DNA from: Sporopachydermia quercuum
Taxonomy: Eukaryota
NCBI GenBank assembly: GCA_001599295.1
Contig: BCGN01000001.1
Location: 868,001 to 932,000, forward strand
Length of the DNA stretch: 64,000 nt
Direction of reading: 5' to 3'
The first letter of the stretch is position 1. Every line of letters starts with the position of its first letter. The notes below the pieces were generated by a model. It did not search any database. It was not told the DNA's origin and saw only the letters and a list, made by a program, of their open reading frames with translations. Both the position numbers and the translations under genes were made by a program. Below are positions 36,065-48,900 of this stretch, in pieces.

Positions 36065-37117
36065 CTAATTTGTCTTCTTGTCATCATGAGCATAAATACG
36101 ATCATCCGTATCAGTTTCTACCTCTTCGCGAATAACATCACTGACTTTACATTGTTTAGACCAAGTCTTTTTGTCCATTTTGGCTGCTTTATCAAAGAAC
36201 TCATAATCTGGTTGACGATAAGATCCACAAATTCTATCCCATAAAGTTGAAAATTGACCATAATTGTAATTGAAGTACAGATGATGAACAGTATGACATG
36301 CAGCACCGTTGACCATTGGATTGTTTGTCAAATATTCCCCATCGTGAATCAAAACAGTCCAAATGTTAACAAAGGTGAATAAAACCAAGTAAGAAATCTT
36401 GTGGAATGGGAAGAGGAATGGAAAAATATGATAAGGAAGAGATTGAGCGTAACCATCAACAGGATGGAAAGCATGAGATGCATAAGGAGTGGTGACTAAC
36501 CATTTATGATGAGGCTTGTGAAGGCGTTTGTAGAACAAAGGATGATGTAAATACTTATGGATAAAGTAAATACCACAATCCGTAAAGAACAAAAAAAAGG
36601 GGAATTGGAAAATAAGATAGCCAATACCATAATCAGAAACATTCCAATACATCTTTGAGTAGCCTCGAATCTCTAAAACAAACCAAGGAACAGTAAGAAT
36701 AACCATGTACGGGATAGAATTCAAAGCCTGGCTAATTTCGAGTTTCATTTGATCTTTTAGATATTTTGGATGGTCAAAAACACGACGATCAAACACGAAA
36801 TAATAAGAAAATGTAGCAGTAGTATAGTATAATATATCACCAAAAACCCAGGTAATAAGGAAGATTGATAATGCTTGACGTAGAATGTGGTCTCTTGCGA
36901 AAATAGACCCGTCAGTTAAAGGAGAGGCCTCGAAAAACAATGAGCCAGATCCATAGAATTCGTGGGGATTATGAATTGATTCAGGACAGCCAATGCTGTA
37001 GTTTCCCACTGCTAATGCTCGTTCTATTGAATTTGGAACATGATATGATTTTGGGAATACTGTAGCATAAACCCAGTCAAAGACATAAGTGTCGAAGAAT
37101 TCTAATACTAAATCCAT
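36065..37117 (-). CDS. ERG3: C-5 sterol desaturase
   Basis: MDLVLEFFDTYVFD start; histidine boxes HKYLHH, HKPHHKW and HTVHHLYF; NYNYGQF. Confidence 0.97.
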   Translation of the reverse strand: MDLVLEFFDTYVFDWVYATVFPKSYHVPNSIERALAVGNYSIGCPESIHNPHEFYGSGSLFFEASPLTDGSIFARDHILRQALSIFLITWVFGDILYYTTATFSYYFVFDRRVFDHPKYLKDQMKLEISQALNSIPYMVILTVPWFVLEIRGYSKMYWNVSDYGIGYLIFQFPFFLFFTDCGIYFIHKYLHHPLFYKRLHKPHHKWLVTTPYASHAFHPVDGYAQSLPYHIFPFLFPFHKISYLVLFTFVNIWTVLIHDGEYLTNNPMVNGAACHTVHHLYFNYNYGQFSTLWDRICGSYRQPDYEFFDKAAKMDKKTWSKQCKVSDVIREEVETDTDDRIYAHDDKKTN

Positions 37118-37316
37118 TGTGCCTGTTTCCTTTCTAATTGCGGGGTCGTATTTCTATCTCTTCAAAAAAGTACAAATGTCTGAAAGGTATTTTGTTGATA
37201 ATTCTTGTATGGCGCTTCTCTTTTATTCCGCTAATTGACAATTAGTACTGCGTAGTATATTATCGAAGTTCCTGCGCAATACAAATTGACTAACAATAAA
37301 TCAACAATAAATCAAG

Positions 37317-38705
37317 TAAACGAGCAAACAGAAAATTTACTCGAAAAAAAACAAACTGAATTCTATCAACCAACACATATAGGAAAACCCAAGTAAAAGC
37401 CATCAAACTATTTATAAGATAAATAAATGTTTGCTGTCAGCAAGAAATAAATACTAAGAGAAAATAAAACTGTACGATTAATCTGATGATCCAATTTTTA
37501 CGAGCTACTTATTAAGTTCGTTTATTTAAGGGGAATTTGTCTGGCAACTCGTTATGTTTTCGGGTCAATCTGCTGTGACAATTAGAGGCAAAGGCAGAAA
37601 GAGAAATAATAAGCGGGACATGCATGAATTACCATAGATAGAGATGTTGGGTGGAGATAAGAATTACAGGAATAAGTATGTATGGGGAGCAAATTATCTA
37701 GTTGTAGGAACGAAGAAAAATTGTGATTGAAATAAAATTGAAGCTTTAATAGTATGTACATTTTTATAATTAAAATGGTGTTGATTTGTAAGAGAAGAAA
37801 CTAGACTGAAACGAGCAGTAGTTTATTGAGTCTCTTCCTATCAATATATGCGATACTAAATGCGCACTAAAGCTTATAAAAAAGAAACGAAGCGTACGAT
37901 GTCAGGGTCTTTGTCATGAGTTGATTCATTATTGTGAAAGTTTCTTTTCATATAGAGAAACTACTAACTAAATAAAGGGATGATGACAAGGTAATGATGG
38001 AATTATTTGGAAAATAATGCATGGAATAAATGTTCAGTTTTGATCTTCGATAATCAGTAGAATTAGCGAGTATTATGCGTCTTAGTAAGAAACATAGGGC
38101 GGAAGGGATGAACCACCGATCTGTCGTATATCTCGTATGGATGTTTGAGCGATAAATGCAAAGTAAAGTAGTTACATTTTGGTGATTAGAAACTGTAAAT
38201 GTTGGCGTCTTTCCACAGAAATGAGCACCAAGAAGAAGATAAACATTCATTTAATATGCATAGCAATTGCTCAGCGCTTCTATTCTTTTTTTAGGCTTCA
38301 TATTTACCCAGTTTGTAGTATGCTACCTATTCCTTTGGATCATTTTCGTACCATTGCTTTAAATCCGAAGGCAATGAGACGTGGTGTCTTACCTGACCTG
38401 ACATGATATGACTTTCATAGATAAATTTATCACATTAATCATTCATGATGATTGACAGACTATTTTTATAGAATAAAACCATCCATTTTGTTTCATGTAC
38501 ACTGGTGTTTGATTATCAAGTATTGCATCAAAATATATTTCTAGTTTTCTGGCTAGTAATATCAGTTGTTAAACCCTACCTCATAAGAGCCTAGCCATCT
38601 GCTCNTACCCCTCGCTTAAGTATAAATTATCTCGGAAACTTCAACTGAAAGCTTTGTCATGACGCGAAAAGCTCCATTATTCGTTCTCTTCGTTTAAGTC
38701 GTATA
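37317..38705. promoter_or_regulatory. Cluster of Upc2/Ecm22-type sterol response elements upstream of ERG3
   Basis: TCGTTTA at 37317-37323 (minus strand), 37518-37524 and 38690-38696; TCGTATA at 38124-38130 and 38699-38705. Confidence 0.55.
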
Positions 38706-39158
38706 ACTAGGTGATCTTCTGATGGTCGTTCCTATGCAGCTTTCTGCATGGGACTTTCCCACAAACTCTTACTACAATTTTCAGATTATATGATCATTTA
38801 CTCATCTGAACTTTCTCTCTGTTAGGTGGTTGGGGGTGGATTCTTAACCTCAATCTTGTTTTCAACATGCGGAATAAATTTCATAGCTAGTTAGTTACCT
38901 GTCTGTCTGTGGATTGATGAGCATTATAGTCAAACAGAATACTATGATGGGAGTACAATTATTAAATTGTTAGATTTTCATTATATTTGTTAGCTGTTTC
39001 ATTGTGTTATTATTAATTAACGTGGTGTTCTCAGAAAGGCGATAGATCCAGATTTCCGTACAGAGGTTAGCAATCGATAAGATACTGCCAGTCACACAGC
39101 ACGGAGCAACGACTGAAAACTAGTGCTGTCATTATAGGATAGTTATACTTATTCAAAA

Positions 39159-39578
39159 ATGAAACCCACATTTCATCCCTTACTAAAAAGACCTTGGAAG
39201 AAGTTTCGTGATGGTACTCTCTTCTACGGTATTAGTAAATCAGGTTCCAAAAGGCATCCACTAACAACAAAAAGTGGTAACAAGAATTTTTATAAAGGTA
39301 CTAGATCTTCAGGTATTGGTAAACATACAAAATGGGGTGGATATGTACTCAACTGGAATAAAGTGAGGACATATGTTGTTCCACAGGATCTGAAATACTG
39401 TGAATTGAAGCCTTTGGTTGATCCTAACGTCCCCGAAGCACGAAATAGATACAAGGGAATAAAAGGTCCTACTGATCCTGTCTACTATTTTAATAAGATT
39501 AAAGAGTTTATTCAATATGGAGATACGGTTCCTCCTATCAATACCAAGGGAGGAAGCCCTATAACAGAAATAGCTTAA
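39159..39578 (+). CDS. MRPL27: Mitochondrial ribosomal protein mL41
   Basis: [42 protein letters not shown] and KVRTYVVP. Puf3 element CTTGTAAATA at 39722-39731 in the 3' UTR. Confidence 0.93.
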   Translation: MKPTFHPLLKRPWKKFRDGTLFYGISKSGSKRHPLTTKSGNKNFYKGTRSSGIGKHTKWGGYVLNWNKVRTYVVPQDLKYCELKPLVDPNVPEARNRYKGIKGPTDPVYYFNKIKEFIQYGDTVPPINTKGGSPITEIA

Positions 39579-39997
39579 GGGAAGGAAGGTTTGAGGATGA
39601 TGAAGCATGAGTGATAACCCACATGCAAGTATACTCATACATTAGTGAAGTGATGATGGTGATGATGATGATAATATGTGTCGACATTTCTAGTCGGGAG
39701 TTATAGCTGTTTGGAAATGTGCTTGTAAATACTTATTGACATAATGCTGATAGACAGATTTGCTCAATATTAAAGTTATATTGAAAATACTTTGTAGTAC
39801 ATGAAAATTGTTATTGTACATTTGATGTTACTTCTTATTTCAATAACCGGCATAATTCTGAGGTTACTGATAAAGCTAACCTACCAATCTCTTTCCTGAG
39901 TTCATTCTTCATATTGCTTTCCAGATGAACACTGTGACTTGATGTGGTTTTTCGGTCCTAAATTATTTTGCGGTAATCTGATCATCATTATTATGTC

Positions 39998-40373
39998 CTA
40001 TGGATTGTCTTCGTCATCGCCTTCCATTTTTGAGTCGTCATCTTCATCTTCGTCTATCGTTTCTTCGTCAATTGTCTCCTCATCTTCCTGTTCCTTTTCC
40101 CTTGCTTCATCCTCATCGTCCTCTTCTTCTTCTTCGTCTTCTTCTTCTTCCTTCTCTTCAATAACCTGATCCTCTTCTTTATCTAGCTCATCATCTTCTT
40201 CTTCCTCTTCTTCGTCTTCGTCAATATCAATATCAATGTCTTTCGTTAAGTCTTCTTCATCTTCGCTTGTATCGTCTTCAGTGTCATCTCGACTCCCATT
40301 TCCTTCTGTTTCAGTCTTATAGCCCTCGTCATTGTTATTAGTAGTACTATCATTATTATTATTATCATCCTCG

Positions 40374-40423
<50 letters not shown>

Positions 40424-40902
40424 GTCTTTTCCAACCCCAAATGGCAATGTAGCTTGGTTCTTTTCTAACGGGTTTTGTTTCAGTTTCTTCTGTTGAACTA
40501 ATTTTTTCAATGTTGTTGTAGGAGGTACCAAATCAGATAGAAATGTCAAGTTTTCGCTCTGAGACACTGCAGTAGAGAAATCCTTGTATTGAAGTTTTTT
40601 ATTCCTCCCTTCTCCTCGTGCTATCAGACTAGCTTGTTCTGCAAAATATTGGACAAATTTTTCCTATTTATTGAAGAAGTTAGTATTACTCTTAGTTGAC
40701 TGTTTTTCATGATTTCCTGTATCTCGCTTGCTATAGCCAAGCAAATTCTTTATCATACCGCTGCTATTGCTGCCGCATAAACTGCAGCTTCTGAAGACAT
40801 ATTAAAATTAGCATCTTGCTTAAATATCCTTTTCACTCTAGCCAATGGGAGAGAAACGCTGGTCTCGAAATCGCCCGTCTCTTTTGACCGCGGGTTTTCC
40901 AT
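39998..40902 (-). CDS. DPB3: DNA polymerase epsilon / CHRAC histone-fold subunit (Dpb3/Dls1 family), 269 aa; exons 40902-40759 and 40663-39998
   Basis: The spliced product reads ...SLPLARVKRIFKQD...SSEAAVYAAAIAA|EKFVQYFAEQA...KKLQYKDFSTAVSQSENLTFLSDLVP. Phase-0 intron 40664-40758 (GTATGA, TACTAAC 40679-40685, TAG). Very long D/E tail. Confidence 0.85.
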
Positions 40903-41692
40903 CGTAAGGCTACTTTCTAATATTGTTCCCGTATTTTCGTTCGCTTTCCAAGCTGTTAATTCTGCTCCAAATTCTCAACCTTTCTCCAAAATACTATCCA
41001 ACTAGTAGCTAAACTCTTTAATCCTAAGAATAACAAACGATCGTAATTCATTCAATTCAATGATGAAAGACGCAGTCTTTTCATTTATGGAACGGTTGAT
41101 GAGTATTCCTGGACACAGACACGAAATTGAAACAATTGGGAGCGGAAAAATCATTACATAATCATTATTATATAATCTAAATTTCAGAGGGTCTATCAGA
41201 GAGAAACATTGGGTCTGCTATTAAGTATTACTACTACTATTTTTGACAAGATCCTCTTCCTGCCTGTCTCAGTCCGAAAGGGTCGGTTTATTTTGTAACC
41301 TCTACGAACCCTGATAATCCAGTGATTCAATTGATTTAAGTGTCCTGCTTTTCAAAATGATATATCATAGAGCTTACCTATCATCTACTTACACTATTTA
41401 TTATAGTGGTCAGTACAGTACATTTGATTTTGCATTGTGTAGTATTTTCTTGAAATTGGGATTTGTAGGTCACTCTAGAAAGCTTCGGGTAACCAAAGGT
41501 CTTTCTTCTTCAAGTAAATGATCAGCATATGCGCGAGTTCCTGGTGTAAACAGCAAACCAGAAGAGATAGATTCTTCTAGTAGAAACACAAAAAGGATAA
41601 TTGGCAGGTATAAAGCTATTATGATGAGATAATTCATTGAAAAGTGAAATTGCAATTGACTTTTTTCTGATCTTCATTTTTTCATCCTCAGT

Positions 41693-44367
41693 ATGTCAGG
41701 AGGGAGTTATCCACCTTCAGTCTACAGTTTGCACACTGTTGATATTGATCGAGTTCCAAACACACAGAACAATGGCAATAGCGATGAGATTCATGGTCAA
41801 AACAATTATGATATTGAAATTACAGCAAACCCTCGGAGGACGGAAGAAGACGAGTTTAAAGAACTTGGAAATATAGACGAGATCAAACGTTATGAAGATT
41901 TTTGGACAGTTGATTGGGTAGAAGATGCAGTAAGAGTTAATCACCTAAAATTAAAGAAGCAGAAGAAGTATGTGTCTTTAGGCACGGGGAAGAAAGGCCA
42001 TTTCAGAGAAAGCCTAGAGAAATTCTATATCAATGCCCAAGGCTGGTTATTATTGTTGGTGATAGGCTTGATAATTGGTTTAATAGCAGCAATGATCAAT
42101 ATAGCAACTGAATGGCTATCTGATATGAGAACAGGATATTGTAAAGCGGGTATCTATCTGAATAAATCATTTTGTTGCTGGAATGAAAATGAAGCAGAAG
42201 TTGGTTTATGTAGTGATTGGGAATCATGGTCTAAATTTGCTTTCCTGCGATACATTGTTTTTGTTGTGATATCATTATTATTTGGTTTAACATCAGCATT
42301 TCTAGTTAAAAGCTATGCTCCTTATGCTGCAGGTTCAGGTATATCTGAAATCAAGTGTATTGTCGCAGGATTCACTATGAGAGGCTTCCTAGGTTTTTGG
42401 ACGCTGATCATCAAGTCAATTGCTCTTCCTTTGGCCATTGGATCTGGTTTAAGTGTTGGAAAAGAAGGACCAAGCGTTCATTACGCTGTGTGTGTTGGTA
42501 ACGTGATAGCTAGTTTGGTTGCTGAATATAGACAAAGCGCTACTAAAATTAGACAAGTGCTCTCTGCTACCGCAGCTGCAGGCGTAGCAGTTGCCTTTGG
42601 TAGTCCTATGGGAGGAGTGCTGTTTTCCATTGAAGAAATATCTTCTGTTTTCCAATTGAGTACTATGTGGAGTAGTTATTTCTGTGCTTTAGTGGCTACT
42701 GCGACGTTATCAGCTATGAACCCTTTTCGAACAGGACAGATTGTCTTATTTGAAGTTCAATATGATAAAGATTGGCATTTCTTTGAACTGCCATTTTTCA
42801 TGATTCTCGGTGTCTTTGGTGGTTTTTATGGTTGTGTGGTTATCAAATACAATTTGAGAGCAGCAGCATTTAGGAAGAAATACCTGAAGAATTATGCGAT
42901 TGAGGAAATTGCGTTTCTTGTTACTTTAACTGCTTTGGTCTCATACTTCAATGAGTTTTTAGCTCTTGATATGACAAAAGGAATGGAAATTTTATTCCAT
43001 GAGTGTGAAAATGGCTGGGAGAACGCTGAAGTGTGCCAGTAAGTTATTAGCTTGAATTGTTGATGATTTAATTTTGGATATTGTTCGTTATAGTGGTTTG
43101 TTGTTGATTTCGATGATTTAATAAACTAACTATATGGATATAAAGGCTATCGCGTTACAATTCTATCGCAGTCTCATTAGTTATAGCTACGACTATTAGA
43201 ATGGCTTTGATTGTCATTTCATATGGTTCAAAAGTCCCAGCCGGTATTTTTGTTCCTTCTATGGCTGTGGGAGCAACTTTTGGTCGTTTTATTGGGATTT
43301 TGGTTGAAAAACTGTATGAGAGTAATCCTGCGAGTAGTGTATTTGCTTCATGTAAGCCTGATACAAGGGTGAGTTTATTTTTTTAAGTGTTACAAGGCTC
43401 AGTTGATTTGGACCTCTTATATTAACTCTGTACGTATTGAATGCTAACATTTTATTAAACATAGTGTATCACACCAGGCACTTATGCATTTTTAGGGGCA
43501 GCAGCTGGATTGTCGGGAATGACACACTTGACTGTAACAGTTGTGGTGATTATGTATGAACTGACAGGTGCTTTGCGATATATCGTTCCAACAATGATAG
43601 TTGTGGGTACAACAAAAGCAGTGAATGATAAATGGGGCAAAGGGGGTATTGCGGATCAGATGATATATTTCAATGGATTGCCATTTATTGATAGTAAAGA
43701 GGAACACGTTTTCAATGCACCAGCATCTAAAGGAATGATTGATGAGATCGTAACTTTTACATCAGGATTATCGTATAAACAGGTAAAAGATACTTTAGAG
43801 TTAACAGATTTCCATTGTTATCCAATAGTTGAGAGCGTTGAGAATCCATACCTAATAGGTTTTATTGGTAGGTCAGAACTACTGTTTGCAATAGAACGAA
43901 TACAAACAAAGAGAGAGATAGCTGATGATGCAAGATGTATATTTTCTAAGTTCGATACAACAATAACTCAAAGAACAAGTACGGAGTCTACAGCTCCTGT
44001 TTATCTTGGAGGATATGTTAATTATTCTCCTATATCGGTTGCGCCTAATGTCCCTTTAGAGACTGTCTTAGATGTCCTACACCGTCTAGGTCCTCAAATA
44101 ATTTTTGTTACGGATTATGGGAAACTAGTTGGTCTCATTACAAGGAAAGATATTCTGAAGTATCACTTTGCTGTTACTAAGCATGCATTGAATAGATCTA
44201 AAGAGAGTGAACAAAACACTGATCAGAAAATATGGGAATTGATACTTTCTGTTTCTTCTTTATTCAATAATATGAGCACGAATCTGGTTTCAAGGTTCAG
44301 AAGGATAACACTAACTAATGCCCGTTACTCGGGAATAGGTTCGCGAAGTAGAAGTTCAAGTTTGTAG
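41693..44367 (+). CDS. GEF1: CLC Cl-/H+ exchanger with CBS domains; exons 41693-43038, 43146-43368 and 43465-44367
   Basis: GSGISE, GKEGPSVH (gating Glu), GGVLFSIEE (proton Glu), GIFVP and a CBS pair. Introns 43039-43145 (GTAAGT/AACTAAC/AAG) and 43369-43464 (GTGAGT/TGCTAAC/TAG) keep the frame. Confidence 0.93.
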
Positions 44368-44818
44368 CAATTAATGATTACGTATGTGTTCTTTAAGATT
44401 ATATGGTGATAATTTATAGACGAGGAAGTATTGCATTGAAAGTGTATGGATGAAGAAGAGAATATTAGTGCTATAATAGACTGTATTGTTGGCTGGTTGA
44501 CATGATTTGATGGTTAGTCTACTACTCAACATAACATGAGAACTGAACTGTAGTAGATAATGTGCTACTGAGAAATAGCCAAGCGATCCATACTTAAAAC
44601 TTGTTAATCCATACCTTGTAAACATCCATTTTATCTTTGACAGCCGACATGGAGCTAAATTTTGTGTAGAAATGGTGAACTGTCTTCAGCAGCTATTCAT
44701 CACTTTTTATTCGATTGATAAAAATTACTGTTAAAGTAGTGGTAGGTACCAGTAGTATTTTCAATGTGATTAGAAAATATTAGAAGAATAACAAGAAAAT
44801 GAAAACTTAAAAAATCTA

Positions 44819-44916
44819 AGCCCTACGGGGGGCTCGAACCCCCAACCTTGTGATGACTTTTATCCTCAAGATGAGACATTAAGAGTCACACGCTCTACCG
44901 ATTGAGCTAGCAAGGC
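44819..44916 (-). tRNA. tRNA-Lys(CTT) with a 25-nt intron (44855-44879)
   Basis: GCCTTGCTAGCTCAATCGGTAGAGCGTGTGACTCTTA|intron|ATCACAAGGTTGGGGGTTCGAGCCCCCCGTAGGGCT. The acceptor stem pairs, A and B boxes are present, and an oligo-T terminator follows. Confidence 0.96.
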
Positions 44917-45955
44917 TTTTTGAAATCAAGTTTGCATGAAAACTATTTACTGTATGTTCTGTTGTGGTTTGAGTATTAGAAGAATAGATAAAGTAGTATG
45001 AGATTTGCAAAAGATAGAATTCATTTACTCTTGACATATATGAAAATCAGTAATTGCTTGACTTCTCAACTTCAAAGTGTTCTATTTTATCTTTTGATGC
45101 TAGAATAATTCTAAGGGCAACAGTAGCAATTTAGACATAGGGGAAAGGTTGAGAATTTTGATATAGGTCAGAGCAGGAATAATAATATATTTCTTAGCCC
45201 GTTTAGAGAAGCGAGTTTGTAAATTCGAAAAAGGATGATTATTTGGGTATTCAAGCAAACAATGACCGTTTGTTGTTAAACCAAGTCTGTTGGAAGAGAA
45301 AAACTTCCAACCTGTCAATCCAGTGACAAACATTCATCGAAGTGGCTAAAACGAAGTCTGTTCAATTCAAAAAAAAACTTGCTCTCCTCTCTTACTACAC
45401 CTGCTTATATACTATGTTCAATAGGATAGCTAAAACGAAAATTAAAAGCCAATTTACAAGATTTTGAAAGGGATTCAAAGCCTGGTGATGTAGAAACAAA
45501 TCTCTCTTTGTTTCTCACCGATCTTCTATCGAAACTTCAGCTGGCTGGAATTCAAAACTAAAGGGTATAACAGAGATGTTAGAATCCAATAAGTACTCCT
45601 AAAATATAATTTAGAGCTGCCAATCAGCTATCTATCGACCATTCTAATCACATTGTTCGTCAATAGCTTATATATCTAAATGTCTCATAATCAAATAAAT
45701 GTAATTTTCTGTGAAAACCTTTTTCTCTGAATTTTCATTTGAAGTTAATCNTTCATTTTTAAATTTAGTTNTCTTACCTTCCTAATAAAGTAGTTTAGGC
45801 GAGTTCCACTTATTTTTCTAAGCGTTACCCAAATATTACTTAAGGATTTAAACTGTAATGAAATCTAAATGGTCTATTGAATTACTTAGTTATAGAAAAT
45901 ATACGAATATTCTTTTGCAATCACCATGATATTATATGATGAATAAATGCTTTTA

Positions 45956-48900
45956 TTACCAATACGGACACCAGCCCAAATAATGCTGACACAGTTTTTC
46001 AATATTCGTTGCTTGCTGAATCAATCTATCAACTTGTTCAGGAACATCCAACTCTCCAGCAGTTGGGAAATCATTTCCTGTTAGTTTATTAATGATTCTC
46101 TTTAGAACTAATGAGGCGCGGGCATTACGTAGCTCTGCTTTTTGTTGAAGCTCAATACGCATTGCACCTTCTTCATCAATTTCTCCTCGTTTCAATAACT
46201 CATTGGCATCAATAGCTTGCGTTTTCGTTGTCTCATCACTAGAAATAGGAATTTCAAAACCCCAGTTGATTAAAGGATCAAAGACAAACGCTTCTAAAAT
46301 CGCCATTAATGACTCTTTATTATCTCTTAAGACTCGCATCACATTCTCACATGTGATTCTAAAACTTCCTTCAATTCCTGATACTTCCATAGCATACACA
46401 AGCATTCTAGTTAATCTAAACGGTACCCTCTCTGGATATCTATCTCTAAACATTGCTGCTTCAAAACAATCACCAAAGTCAATATGAACGACTTTTCCTG
46501 ATACTCTATCCATCATCAAATTGGACGGATGTCGATCTCCGAGACCTAAAATATATCCAACCATAGACATTACTGCCAAGGAGCGTGTGTAAGTAGTTCT
46601 TCTATCTAGCCAAGCTTCTGACGATCTAGATTTCAACCAAAGTACCTTACTGAGCTCCTGTCCCGATGTATTATCTAATGCATGAATAAACACTTCTAAT
46701 TTCTGTAATGCAGTAAGCTTTTCTAAATCGGGAGCTCGCTGTTGCATCATGCGTAGTTCTAAATTAAGCACTATTTCTCGAGGTTCACGATAATCTCTGA
46801 CCAGTACATGGAAAGTATCACAGTTAGGTACCCAGCCAAGCAAACCAGATTTCGGTGAAAGAGGGATAGCAGGATATCTTTGAATGTCTAAGTGTCGTTT
46901 GAAGCTTTCAGGATCGTTACCTAATAATGTATTCACTAACCCAAACAGTTGCATCACTAGATTATCTTGACGAATGTCCTCATGACCTTTCAAGACATAT
47001 GTATAATCTTTTCCATCGCTACCTTTAATAGTAAATCTTCTNGGTCGTTGTTTAGATGCAATAACAGTGAAAATAGGATCAAAGGCCTTGATTCTAATTA
47101 CTGGTGATCCTGCTTTATAGGTACCAGGCATAGCCAATTCTAGGTCTCTAGCTGCCAATAACTTCTGAGAAACAAATTGAAGATCTAACGACTGAAGAGT
47201 AGAAATGATTCGATGGATTTTTCTGAAAACATTGAAATAAATATCCCATGCTCGTTGTAAATGAGTATCTTCATCTGTGCGTTGATAATTTAAAATCCAT
47301 TCATGAGCGTCATTCAAATCACGGCCAAAAGTGCTTTGGAAACTTGCCTCACGATTAGTTTCGGGACCTTTTTTCATCATTTCATGTAACGGCTCCAGTA
47401 CTGCAATCATGCCTTTATAGTCTCTGTCCGTGTAGTATAATCTTGAAGCTTCTTCTAAACCTTCATTCCAAAGTTCAGGCCATAATACAGCAACTCTAAT
47501 AAGCTCATGACTAACAAGTTCAGCTTGTTCAACTAACGTCGCGCTATGAAGTCTCATTTTGTCTAAAATGGTCTTGGCAGCAATTTGCCGCGAAACACTA
47601 TCTGATTTAATAGCCACATTCAATGGATAAACTAATGCTTGAGGATGGGTTTTACCTAATTCTGTTAGTAACGAATGTAAGGTTCTGTTCACCACTTGAT
47701 TAGGCTGATGAATACGAGATATCAACTGCGGAATAACTTCTAACCAAGTGTCAATTTTAATCATTTGAAATCCGTCTAGAATTGCATGTGAGGGTTCAGG
47801 TAGGCCACCAAATTTAAACCATAGTGTCAATAGTCTTAAAGTATCTTGTAAAGAGCTTGATTGAGATAACGAGATTGAATGAAAGAATCCCTTCAACGCA
47901 GGAATCACATGATCATTAATCAACCATGAAGGATAAGTTTCGGTTTTATCGTTTTCGTTTTCGTGGCGTGTATGATAAGATATAACTTCAAAGTTAGCTA
48001 AAGCCCAGTTATGCCATGCTTTATACCAAGTGGCATCGAATTTGGTGGCCAATTGATAAGAAGCAAGGATTTTTTGTGAGTTTTCTTTTATCCAGTTATC
48101 GTGTAAATTGATCTGCCATTCACCCTGTTTCAAGAAACATCTAGCCAGCAACTTGACGTTCTCTTCAACACTTTCTTTCGGTACTCCAGGAATTTCTGTC
48201 GGCACAGCTTGAAGTTGAATATTAGTAGGGTTCAAACCCAATCCCACGGATAATCCATCAGTAAATCCAACTAAATGTTCATATGCTTCACGGTAATTAC
48301 CTGTTGCCCACATATATTTCATTTGAGCATAAACTACGGGAGGGGGTCCTTTTAGTGAACTTGGATTACCTGATTCGTCTTTGTCTAGCAGAGAGTTCAG
48401 GGCAGTTTCAGCCAACCCGAACCTTCCTGATTTTTTGCATAAATTAGCAAACTTTATCCACATTTCCATATCTTCCTTTGGCGTAATAACTAATCCACGA
48501 ATATGCAATATTCGGTGCCAAATATCAACATTTCTTTGACAACCCTTCAATCTTCTTGTCCATGTTTTCCTCATTAATGTTTTTTTCTCCGATCTATCAG
48601 GCAAAGATTTATACGTAATTGTTTCTTCTAATTCAGCTAACATTTGAACTCTAACAACTATATTGTAAGCTCTGTTATAGCTCTCATTGACTAAAGCAGT
48701 AATTTCCGTTACTAATAAATCACGAGCTTTCACAATATGTTTTGATGCTTCTTCAAAATTGTTCTCATGAACCATTAAAATTGCACTGAAGAATGCTCTG
48801 TCTGGTGATTCCTCTTTCATAACATCAATATAGGTATCCATTCGATCCCATTGGCCTAAACACCAAGCTGCTGCGGCTGCCATTGGGGCAACAATTCTAC

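Noticed and set aside
44917..45950. Possible solo LTR upstream of the tRNA
   Set aside because: No TG...CA boundaries with a target-site duplication; only a short GCTAAAACGAA repeat.
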